From Camelus dromedarius (lineage: Eukaryota): 64,000 nucleotides of DNA. This document shows, in pieces, positions 26,722 through 38,759 of the stretch. Each line of letters opens with the position of its first letter. The stretch's first letter is position 1. A program made the position numbers and the translations under genes. The notes beneath the pieces are model-generated. The model made no database searches. It worked only from the letters and a program-made list of their open reading frames with translations, and was not told the origin of the DNA. The stretch lies in contig NC_087436.1 in assembly GCF_036321535.1 (NCBI RefSeq), forward strand, positions 11,780,001 to 11,844,000, given 5' to 3'.

Positions 26722-27624
26722 GTGAGACTCCGTTTCGCTCTTTTGAGGATGTGATTAGCGGCTTTAAAATAATTACCATTTATATTTAGAGAGACTTCAG
26801 TCCTCCTCAGTTATTAAGAAATAGACTGAACCTGTAGTTCATTCATTAAAATTAGTCAGCATGAATGATTGCTGTCTACGGGTTTTTTGTTGTTGTTGAT
26901 TTTTAAAAATCAAGATGCTAGCTGAAGAGCTATAGGAAACGAACTGAAGACGTCCACTGGAAAACTGTAAATCGAACATCGTTAATTACCCTACTTTTCA
27001 AATTCTGGCCTTAGAGAATAATGAAGCATCCTGATTGCGTGTTAGTCATGCTTTACCTGCAGGTAAAGGTGTATTTTAGACGGCAGACTTTGGACTTTAG
27101 CATACCTTGGTCCAATACCTTTTTGTGCTTGTTTAATGGTAGGATAATGGGGACTACATGATACGGAATATTTATTTTGTATTCACTACGGCGGTAAGCG
27201 CTAATGGTAGATCAGGACGCTCTGCACCTTTTAACAGTTCTGAAAAGGCAAAAGCCCACGCGCAGCACAGCTGGAGGGGGCGTCTCTAGCCACCAAGGCA
27301 GCCCTCCTGGCTCTCTGTTCCTGTGTGGATTTTGCAGAGTTCTCATTTTTCTGGTTGCCTCGACCACTTACAGCTGTGTGGTATCACCTCTACCAAGGAT
27401 GAAGAATGAAGTGTCAAGATGTTGATATGTATTTTTCCCCTCTGCCTAAGAGCAATTTTTTATGGTTCACCTGGAAGTGAAAAGAAGGATTAGTTAGGAC
27501 AGTAGCAGCAGTAGCTAATTATAGGATTAATTTATTTAATTTGCTTTTATTGTTGTTGTTGTTGAATTAGGCCCTGAGAAAAATATTATTCCTGATTTTT
27601 TTCTTTATGATATATATCTATTCT

Positions 27625-30010
27625 GTTTTTTAAAAATTGAGGTATAGTTGATGTACAGCATTATATGTTACAGGTACACAACATGGTGGTTCATAATTTT
27701 TAAAAGTTGTTCTGAATTTATGGGTATTATAAAATGTGGGCTATATTCTGTGCTATGCAATATATCCTTGTAGCTCATTTATTTTATACATAGTAGTTTG
27801 TACCTCCTAATTACCTACCCCTATCTTGCCCCTTCCCTTGTCCCTCTGCCCACTGGTAACCACTAGTTTGTTCTCTATATCCATGAGTCTGTTTTCTTTT
27901 TTGCTATATCCACTGGTTTGTTTTATTTTTTAGATTCCACGTATAACTGATATCATACAGTGTTTGTCTTTCTCTAACTTATTTCACTGAGGTTAATACT
28001 CTCCAAGTCCATCCATGTTGTTGCAAATGGCAAATTTTTATTCCTTTTTATAACTGAGTAGTATTCCATTATATATATATATGTATGTATACACACACAT
28101 ACACATACATACACCACATCTTCTTAATCAATTTATCTGTTGTTGGACACTTAGGTTGCTTCCACATCTTGGCAATTGTAAATAATGCTGCTAGGGATAT
28201 TAGGGTGCCTGTGTCTTTTTGAATTAGTGTTTTTGTTTTTGTTTTTTGGCTATATACCAAGGAAATATAGCCAAATTGCTGGGTCACATGGTAGTTCTAT
28301 TTTTAGGTTTTTGAGAAACCTCCATACTGTTTTCATAGTAGCTACACCACTTTACCAATTTACATTCCCACCAACACTGTAGGAGGGTTCCCTTTCCTCC
28401 ACATTGTTGCCATCGTTGGTTATTTGTGTTCTTTCTGATGATAGTGAGGTGATACCTCCTTGTGGTTTTCATTTGCATTTCTATGATGATTAATGATGTT
28501 GAGCATTTTTTCATTTGCCTGTTGGCCATCTGTATTTCTTCTTTGGAAAAATGTCTTTTCAGGTCTTCTGCTCATTTTTTAATTGAGGTGCTTGGGTTTT
28601 TGATGTTGAGTTGTTTAAGCTATTTATATATTTTGGATATTAGCCCCTTATCAGTCATATCATTTGAAAATATTTTTTCCCATTCTGTAAGTTGTCTTTT
28701 TGCTTTGTCAGTGGTTTCCTTTGCTGTGCAAAACTTTTAGGTTTAATTAGATCCCACTTGTTTATTTTTGCTTTTGTTTCCTTTGCCTGAGGTGGCAGAT
28801 CCAAAAAAATATTGCTACAACTTATGTCAAAGATTGTTCTATGTTTCCTTCTAGGAGTTTTATTGGTTTCAGGCCTTACATTTAGCTCTTTAATCCATTT
28901 TGAGTTTATTTTTGTATATGGTATTAGAAAATGTTCCAATTTCATTCTTTTACATGTAGCTGTCCAATTTTCCCCAGCTCCGCTCAGAGAAAAGACAATC
29001 TTTTCAATATTATATATTCTTACCTCCTTTGTCATACATTAGTTGGCCGTAAGTACATGGGTTTGTTTCTGAGCTCTTATTCTGTTCTATTTACCTATGT
29101 GTCTGTTTTTATAACAGTGCCATACTGTTTTGATTACTGTATTACTTTGATTGATTTGTAGATATTGAAAAATCCTTGCATCCCTGAGATAAATCTCATT
29201 TGATCCTCATGTACGATCCTTTTAGTGTATTGTTGGAGTCGGTTTGCTAGAATTTTATTGAGGATTTTTGCATGTATGTCCATCAGTGATACTGGCCTGT
29301 GACTTTCCCTTTTTGTGATATCTTTGTCTGGTTTTGGTATCAGGATGATGGTGCCCTCATAGAACGAGTTTGGAAGTATTCCTTCCTCTGCAATTTTTTG
29401 GAATAGTTTCAGAAGGAAAGGTGTTAACTCTTCTCTAAATGTTTGGTAGAATTCACCTGTGAAGCCATCTGGTCCTGGACTTTGTTTGTTGGGAGTTTTA
29501 GAATTCCTGATTCAATTTCAGTGCTCCTAATTTGTCTGTACACATTTTCTGTTTCTTCCTGGTCCAATCTTGGTGATTATGACTTCCTAAGAATTTGTCC
29601 ATTTCTTCTAGGTTATCTATTTTATTGGCATATAGTTGTTCATAGTAGCCTCTTATGATCCTTTGTATTCCTGTGATGTCAGTTGTAACTTTTCCTTTTT
29701 CATTTCTGATTTTATTGATTTGGTCCCTCCCGCCCCCCTTTTTTGATGAATCTGGCGAAAGGTTTATCAATTTTATCTTTTTAAAGAACAGGCTTTTAGT
29801 TTCATTGATCTTTTCTGTTGTTTTTTTTTAAAGTCACTGTCGAATTTATTTCTGCTGTGATACGATTTCTTACCCTCTACTAACTTTGTAAGGTTAGGTT
29901 ATTTATTTGAGATTTTTCTTGTTTCCTGAGGTAAGCATGTATTACTATAAACTTCTCTCTTAAAACTCCTTTCTCTGTGCCTCATTGTGTTTTCATTTTT
30001 GTTTTTCTCT
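27625..30010 (-). mobile_element. L1 (3'UTR plus ORF2) with an internal deletion at about 29150
   Basis: Minus ORFs 28069-28287, 28284-28529, 28655-29035 and 29498-29770 are L1 ORF2 pieces; alignment to the + L1 jumps from about 37150 to about 36275. Confidence 0.9.
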
Positions 30011-30469
30011 CTAAACAGCCAACACTCATAGCAGTTTGGGGAAGGGTGTCCGAGCTCAGTGAAAGCGATCCTATAGGCACCAACAGCATCCACTAATCAT
30101 TTAGATTAGGTTCAAATTGAAATTATTCTGGATTCAGATCTTCTCTTTGGTGCAATTTGAAGTATTATTATCATTATGTCTTATACCTAAGATAGTCAGT
30201 GATTGTTGAATTAATACATAGTATGATATCAAGACACCCAGTCTGTCAGAAGTACACTGTGGTCCTGGTTGGACTTAAGGAACAGAAGAGTGTGTCAGAT
30301 CAGCTTACATAACATACCTTACATCTTACATGATCTCCAAGCTCTTCGTTGATAGAAAGATAGGCTTAAGGGAACACACATTCACTAGGAGGCCAGCAAT
30401 GATCAGTCTTTTACCCTGTTGTCTTCTTTTTAAAACTTTTTAGTAGTATTTATTTATCATTTTAACGAT

Positions 30470-31180
30470 TTTATTATTTTTTCCAACTTTATTGAAATTA
30501 ATTAACATATAACATTATGTAAGTTTAAGGTGTACAATATAGTGATTTGAAACATGTATGTATTGCAAAGTGATGACCACAGTAAGGTGGGTAATACATC
30601 TCTCACCTGAAATAATAGACATTTTTCTTGTTTTGTGGTGAGAACATTAATGATCTACCCTCAGCAACTTTCGAGTATGTAATACAGTATTGTTAACTGT
30701 AGTCACCATGCTGTACATTACATGTCTAGAACTTACTCATCTTATAACTAGAAGATGGTACCCTTTGACTGACATCCCTTCAATTCCCCCACCCCCAGCG
30801 CCTGGTAACCACCACTCTACTTTGTTTCTATGAGTTCTACTTATTTAGAGTCTGCATACAAGTGAGATCACACAGTATGTGTGTTTCTCTGACTAATTTC
30901 ACATAGCATAATGCCCTCAAGGTCCATCCATGTTGTCACAAATGGAAGGTTTTCTTCTTTTTATGGCTGAATAACATCCCATGGCATGTATATACCACTT
31001 CTCCTCTATCCTTTCATCCACTGATGGACACTCAGTTGCCTCCACATCTTGGCTACTGTGAAAAACGCTGCAGCAAACACGAGAATGCAGGTATCTCTTC
31101 AGGATTCTGCTTGTATTTCCTCTGGATATACATCCAGAAGTGGGATTGCTGGATCATATGATAGATCTACTTTTAATTTG
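30470..31180 (-). mobile_element. L1 3' end (L1MA-like)
   Basis: ctttattgaaattaattaacatataaca...ggtccatccatgttgtcacaaatgg...gggattgctggatcatatg. Confidence 0.85.
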
Positions 31181-34012
31181 GTAGGTACTTTAATAAGTAC
31201 TTTTATGTAATTAGTACTTTTCACTTGTATTCACTAAGCATTTCACCAAGTACATTATCTAATCTTCCTGAACTTTAATGGTAGCAGTGATGATCTGATG
31301 ATGTATGATCTAATTCGCTGTTGACAATCTTTCCAAACTGAATTTGGCTCTACTTACTTAGATTAAAATCTCAAGTCCCTTTTGAATAAAGCACCCAAGA
31401 TAATAAAACAAAGTGATATCTGGAAAGAAAATCATGCACTCTTAACAACAACTCATTTTTGGCTTTTTCCTCAGGAAACATACAAACAAATGTTGGACCA
31501 GATACTTCTAAATTGAGGGTCTATAGACTAGATTAACTCTTGTCACAATAGTAGAATGTACTAAATGTAATATTTTGAATTAAAAAATCTAGATTCTAAG
31601 GGCATTACAGCATATAACTATGGGAAAGCTAATAAGCTAATATGGAGTATTTCTTTCCAGACTGATGAATATATAACCCAATAATCTTTAAAGGGTTGTA
31701 GAAAATGTTTGATGATACATAAATGGATAACTAGGAGAAATTTTGATGTAGGAGTAGAGCAAGAAACTAAAAAAATTGTCTACACTATAATTAACATGCC
31801 TCTTTAATTAATTCAGTCAACACTTGAGTATGTCTATATGCCAGATGCTAGAGACAGAGGGTCCTCTCAGTCCCGGCTCCTCACTGCTTCTCAGCTCTGC
31901 CCTCTCTTCTCCACTCCTGTTTCTACCACCCTACATCAGATCCTGTGCTCTCTGGTAACTCCAGTGTCCTCTTGTCTGACCCTCGCCCCACTTTTGGTCC
32001 ACTCTGCACAGAACTACTTGGTAGCCACTCTCCAGAAACGGTCCTTACTAAACACCTCTGTGGTCTCCACACCTTACGAGTGCCCGCCCCCAGGGAGTGG
32101 GAGCTGGCCCTGGGTAGCCCACAGGTGGTGGTGGAGGCGGCGCTGTGGGGCTTCTGAAGCTGGGTCATAAGACACCTTTCAGCTTTCTCTCTGGTCTCTT
32201 GAAATGCTCATTTGGGGGAAGCCAGAAGTCATGTAAGAAGGCTGATTACTGGAGATGACAAGCTATAAAGAGACCCAAGCTAGTCACAGAGAGGAAGGGG
32301 AGAGGGAAAGGGAGAGAGATGCCAACCAGCCCCAGCCCAGGAGCCAGACAAGCGAGTGAAGGGACCACCCTGGATGTTCCAGGCACACAAGACACCATGT
32401 GCAGAAGGACTGATGCCTCAGATATATGCTCCAGGAGAACCACACCAGAGCCATGTCTCCAGCCTTTCAAGCCAGCCCAGCTGCAGCCCTGGGCACTGGG
32501 GAGCAGAGACAAGCTGTCCCCATGTGCCCTGTATGAATCCTGCCCATGTATTGTGAGCATAATAATATGGTTATTTCGTGTCTCTACATTTTGGGATGGT
32601 TGTTACACAGCAGGAGAAAACCAGAACAGCTTCTGTGACATTTCCACAGTGCAGCTATCATCATGCCATCCTCCTCCTGTCACAGCCTCATCATCACTGG
32701 GATAAAATCAACTTTCTTTGATGTGGCTGAGAAGGTACCTTATGTCATCTTCCCATTTTATCTCCTACCACTCTGCCAACACGGTCTGAACTCTAATCTC
32801 ACCGAACCAACTGAATGCACTCATTCTCTCACACCTTTTACACTTACATATTCTGTTCTCTCTGCCTGGACTGCCCTTCTGATTCTTACCCACCCCTATT
32901 TTGCTGGCAAACTCATATTCTCTTTTAAAAACTTGCATCACACATCTGAGCCGCGCTGACCTCCCATCTCTATCCCAGGAATGATTAAATGCTCCTACTG
33001 GGCCCCACAGCAGTCTGTGATCATCTGTTACCTCACTGGCTGTTCCTCTAGTCATGAGTAAAGAATTTTATTTTGTTAATCTTCTCATATCTAGCACTCC
33101 ACGACAGTGTCTGCCACACAGTAGGCACTCAAAGTGTGTCCATTAAATACAAATAGTAGTGTCTTCCTCTCCTCTGTATTTCTAGGATGCTAAGATTGTA
33201 CATCTCCCAAACACTTTCCCATAATTTTTCTTATGAAAACTATTAGAGGAAATGTGTCTTATTGCCCCCAAGCAGGATGAATATCCTTGGGGAAGAGAGC
33301 TAAAGTTTATACAATTTTAAATGCAAGACATACAAAGGAAAAACTCGTTTCACTTCCTCCAAATGCAGCGTGTTCATAAGCTTTTGTGCCCTGATTTCCA
33401 CAGGCTACAAAACCTACTGAAAGAATAAACCCATGAAGAGAAGCTTCTCTCTCCAGTGATCGGGTGGCTGACAAAGGCAACCTCAGGTGCAGAGAGACAG
33501 AGGCCCCAACCAGACGAAGCAGCTGCACAGGCTCTGAAGGGGAGAGAAGCCTGGGAAGGGTGGGATGTGAGCCTCAAGGGCTAAATCTAAAGGAAGAGGC
33601 TCAGTCTGGAGTAGCTAAACTTGGCTACCCTGGGTGACTTCTTCCAACTCACAAGGTGGTGAAATCACTTGGCTTGAGAACATTGTGTTTACATCACAAT
33701 TCTTTCAGGTGTCTAGCTGTGGGGAGAATGCCAGTTCCCCAAAGGCCCCTGTTTCAGACTGTTTAATATTTGCAGGCTCCTGCTGTGGGTCAAGTACAAA
33801 ACCCCAGTGTCTGACGATTTCGGGAAGCTCCTCAGGAGTGAGGACACACAGTCATTTACACAACCGACTAGTCAACTGGCTGCGTTTCTCAACTTCCAGC
33901 TCAAAGATCACTGGCTGTCACTACACATACAGGATCACAAAGTTACAAAACAAAGCAAAAGAAAGGAAAAATACGGTGTCACTGTACACTGCGAAAAGAA
34001 AACTACTCTCAC

Positions 34013-34122
34013 CTTCTCTCCTGAGGAAATGGTAAATTTGTCGCTCGAGATTAAGCTGCACACTTGCTCAGTGTCGAGGTTGAGAAATTCCTCACTGAGC
34101 ACGACGTCTGCAAAATGCTGCT
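34013..34122 (-). pseudogene. KLHL2: Orphan duplicated exon of KLHL2 (Mayven), BACK domain, unprocessed fragment
   Basis: Minus strand: ttttctctgtaatctccaaacag|AG CAG CAT TTT ... GAG AAG|gtgagagt; 110 nt encoding EQHFADVVLSEEFLNLDTEQVCSLISSDKFTISSGEK, matching recalled KLHL2 EQHFADVVLSEEFLNLGIEQVCSLISSDKLTISSEEK; no other kelch-family exon seen in the window. Confidence 0.88.
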
Positions 34123-34306
34123 CTGTTTGGAGATTACAGAGAAAATCCATTAACACCAGCATTCTGTTCTGGAAGGGTACTTTTAAGAACTGAAAAGATA
34201 AGCCACAGACTGGGAGAAGATCTTTGCGAAACACAGCTATAACCAAAGACTAGTATCCAAAAAAGTTCAGCAACAAGAAAATAAACAACCCTATTAAAAA
34301 TGGGCA

Positions 34307-37300
34307 TCTAAAATGCATTTGAAATTAAAAGATCAGCAACTTAAAACAATCATTTATATTTATAGATTTCTATACCAAAACCTTATGGTAACCACAAACC
34401 AATGTAACTCTACAGCCATCAAACCACAAGAATAGAGAACAAAAAGAAGAAAGAGAGAGAAAAAAAAAAAAGACCTAAAAATAAACCAAACAGTGAACAA
34501 AATGGCAATAAGAACATATGTATCAATAATTACCTCAAATGTAGATGGATGAAATGTTCCAACCAAAAGACATAGACTGGCTGAATGGATACAAAAACAA
34601 GACCCATTTATATGCTGTCTACAAGAGACCCACTTCAGAGCTAGAGACATATGGAGGCTGAAAGTGAGGGGATAGAAAAAAATATTCCATGCAAACAGAA
34701 ACCAAAAGAAAGCTGGAGTAGCAATACTTATATCAGACAAAATAGATTTTAAAATAAAGACTGCTACAAGAGACAAAGAAGGACACTACATAACTCTCAA
34801 GTGATCAATCCAAGAAGACAGAAGAATTGTAAATATATACGCACCCAACGTGGGAGCACCTCAATATATAAGGCAATTGTTAATAGATGTAAAACATAAA
34901 AAGAAATCAACAATAACATTATAATAGTGGGGGACCATAACACCCCACTTACATCAATGGACAGATCATCCAGACAGAAAATCAAAAAGGAAATACAGTC
35001 CCTAAATGACACCAGATGGACTTAATTGATATCCATAGAGCATTCCATCCAAAAGCAACAGAATACACATTCTTCTCAAATGCATGTGAAACATTTTTCA
35101 GAATCGGTCACAAGTTGTCCCACAAAACAAGCCTCTGCCTCAGTAAATTTAAGAAAATTGAAATCGTACCAAGCATCTTTTCCAACCACAATGCTGAGGG
35201 ATAGGAATCAACTACCAAAAACAAACAAACAAAAAAACCCTGCAAAAACTGTAAACACTTGGAGTTTGCAATATGGAGTAAACATGTGGAGTAAACAATA
35301 TGTTACTAAACCACCAATGGATCACTGAAGAAATCAAAGAGGAAGTCAAAAAATACTTTGAGACAAATGAAAATGAAAACACAATGATCCAAAACCTCTG
35401 GGATGCAGCAAAAGCAGCTCTAAGAGGGAATTTTATAGTGATACCAGCCTACCTCAGGAAATAAGAAAAATCTCAAATAAACAACCTAACCTTATACCTA
35501 AAGCAACTGGATAAAGAAGAACTAACAAACCCCAAAGTCAGTAGAAGAAATCAAAAAGATTAGAGCAGAAATAAATGAAATAGAGACTGAAAAAAATCAA
35601 TAGAAAAGATCAATGAAACTAAAAGCAGGTTCTTTGAAAAGGTAAACTAAATTGATAAACCTTTAGCCAGATTCGTCAGAAAAGGGGGGCAGGAGGGACC
35701 AAATCAATAAAATCAGAAATGAAAAAGGAAAAGTTACAACTGACATCACAGGAATACAAAGGATCATAAGAGGCTACTATGATCAACTATATGCCAATAA
35801 AATAGATAACCTAGAAGAAATGGTCAAATTCTTAGAAAGTCATCATCTGCCAAGATTGGACCAGGAAGAAACAGAAAATGTGTACAGACAAATTACCAGT
35901 ACTGAAATTGAATCAGGAAGTTTAAAACCCCCAACAAACAAAAGTCCAGGACCAGATGGCTTCACAGGTGAATTCTACCAAACATTTAGAGAAGAGTTAA
36001 CACCTTTCCTTCTGAAACTATTCCAAAAAATTGCAGAGGAAGGAACACTTCCAAACTCGTTCTATGAGGCCACCATCATCCTGATACCAAAACCAGACAA
36101 AGATATCACAAAAAGGGAAAATCACAGGCCAATATCACTGATGAACATACATGCAAAAATCCTCAACAAAATAGTAGCAAACCGACTCCAACAATGCGTT
36201 AAAACGATCATACACCATGATCAAATGGAATTTATCTCAGGGATGCAAGGATTTTTCAATATCTGCAAATCAATCAATGTGATACAGCACATTAACAAAT
36301 GGAAGAATAAAAACCATATTATCATCTCAGTAGATGCAGGAAAAGCTTTTTATAAAATTCAACATCGATTTGGGATAAAAACTCCGCAGAAGGTGGGCAT
36401 AGAGGGAATATACTTCAACATAATGAAGGCTGCATATGACAAACCCACAGCTAACGTCATACTTAATGGTGAAAACCTGAAAGCATTTCCTCTAAGGTCA
36501 GGGACAAGACAAGGATGCCCACTCTAACCACTTTTATTCAACATAGTTTTGGAAGTCCTAGACATAGCAATCAGAGAAGACAAATAAAGGGAATACAAAT
36601 CAGAAAAGAAGTCAAACTGTCACTGTTGATGGATGACATGATACTATACATAGAAAACCCTAAAGAATTGACCAGAAAACTCCTAGAGCTCATCAGTAAA
36701 TTTGGTAACGTTAAAGGATACAAAATTAATATACAGAAATCTGTTACGCTTCTATACACTAGGAAAAAATAGCAGACAAAGAATTAAGGAAACAATCCCT
36801 TTTACCATCATACCAAAAAGAATAAAATACCTACCCAAGGAGGCAAAGGACCTGTACTCCAAAAACCATAAGACTCTGATGAAAGAAATTGAAGATGGCA
36901 TAAACAGTTTGAAAGATATCTTGTGTTCCTGGATTGGAAAAATCAATATTGTCAAAATGACCATACTATCAAGGCAATATACAGATTCAATGGAACGGCT
37001 GTCAAATTACCAATGACATTTTTCACAGACCTGGAACAAAAAAAAAGTTAAAATTTGTATGAAAATACAAAAGACCCCAAATAGCCAAAACAGTCTTGAA
37101 AAAGAAGAATGGAGCTGGGGGAATCACGCTCCCTGACTTCAGACTATACTACAAAGCTACAGTAATCAAAACTTTATGGTATTGTCACAAAAACAGACAC
37201 ATAGATCAATATGGAACAGGATAGAATATCCATAAATAAACCCACACACTTATGGTCAATTAATCTATGACAAAGGAGGCAAGCATGTACAATAGAGGAA

Positions 37301-38170
37301 AGACAGTCCCTTCAACAAGGGGTGATGGGAAAACTGGACAGCTACCTGTAAAAGACTGAAATCAGAACATTCTCTAACACCGTGTACAAAAATAAACTCA
37401 AAGTGGATTAAAGACTTAAATGTAAGACTGTATACTATAAAACTTCTAGAGGAAAACACAGGCAGAACACTCTTTGACATAAATCACAGCAATATTTTTT
37501 CAAACCAGCTCCTACAGTAATGGAAATAAAAGCAAAAATAAACAAATGGGATCTAATTAAACTTAAAAGCTTTGGCACAGATAAGGAAACTATAAACAAA
37601 ATGAAAACACAGCCTACAGAATGGGAGAAAATATTTGCAAATGATGTGACCAACAAGGGACTAATTTCCAAAATATACAAACAACTTGTACAGCTTAAAA
37701 AAAAAAAAGCAACCTAATTGAAACATGGGCAGAAGACCTAAACAGACATCTCTCCAAAGAAGACATCCAGATGGCCATCAAGCACATGAAAAGATGCTCT
37801 ACATCACTAATTGTTAGAGAAATGCAAATCAAAACTACAAAGAGATATTACCTCACACCAGTCAGAATGGCCATCATTTAAAAGTCTACAAATGATAAAT
37901 GCTAGAGAGGGTTAGAGAAAAAGGAACTCGCCTATACTGTTGGTAGGAAAGTAAATTGGTGCAGCCACTATGGAGGACAGTATGGAGGTTCCTTAAAAAA
38001 CTAAAAATAAACTTACCATTTGATCCAACAATCCCACTCCTGGGCATATATCAGGAGAAAACTGTAATTCAGAAAGACACCTGCACCCCAGTGTTCACAG
38101 CAGCACTATTCAGAATAGCTAAGACATGGAAACAACCTAAATGTTCATCAGATGACTGGATAAAGAAGTG

Positions 38171-38201
<31 letters not shown>

Positions 38202-38615
38202 CACAACAGAATAATACTCAGCCATAAAAAAGAATAAAATAATGCCATTTGCAACAACATGGATGGACTAGAGAATGTCATTCTAAGTTAAGTAAGCCAG
38301 AAAGAGAAAGAAAAAAATACCATATAATATCACTTATATGTGGAATCTAAAGAAAAGGACACAAATGAACTTATCTACAAAACAGAAACAGATTCACAGA
38401 CATAGAAAACAAACTTGTGGTTACCAGGGAGTAAAGGGGATGGAAAGGGATAAATTGGGAATTTGAAAATTGCACCTCCTGGGGAGTGATGGAAATGTGA
38501 GCTATCCTGATTGTGGTGGTGGTTTTATTGGTGTATACATCTATCAAAATTCATCAAATTGTACATCTGAAATATGTGCAGTTTACTGTACAGGAATCAT
38601 AGCACAATAAAGGTG
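34307..38615 (+). mobile_element. 4.3-kb L1 with full-length but frameshifted ORF2, nested in an older L1M fragment
   Basis: ORF2 start ATGGCAATAAGA at 34502; EN, RT ([26 protein letters not shown]) and C-terminal pieces; TSD ttaaaaat(t)gggca at 34294-34306 and 38616-38629; host L1M at about 34190-34306 resumes at 38630-38760. Confidence 0.95.
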
Positions 38616-38759
38616 TTAAAAATTGGGCAAAGGATCTGAACAGACACCTCACCAAAGAAGAGATATAGAAGACAAATTAGCGAATGAAAAGATGCTCAAC
38701 TTCATAAATCAATAGAGAACTGCATATTAAAATATCAGTGAGATCCCACTACATACTTA

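Noticed and set aside
33935..34246. 103-aa minus ORF as a complete gene or processed pseudogene
   Set aside because: Only 110 nt is kelch-family sequence; the rest is intron flank and L1M, and no adjacent exons are fused
35820..36527. 235-aa reverse-transcriptase-like ORF as a novel RT system
   Set aside because: Ordinary fragment of a frameshifted L1 ORF2; the catalytic (F/Y)ADD reads LMDD in the next frame
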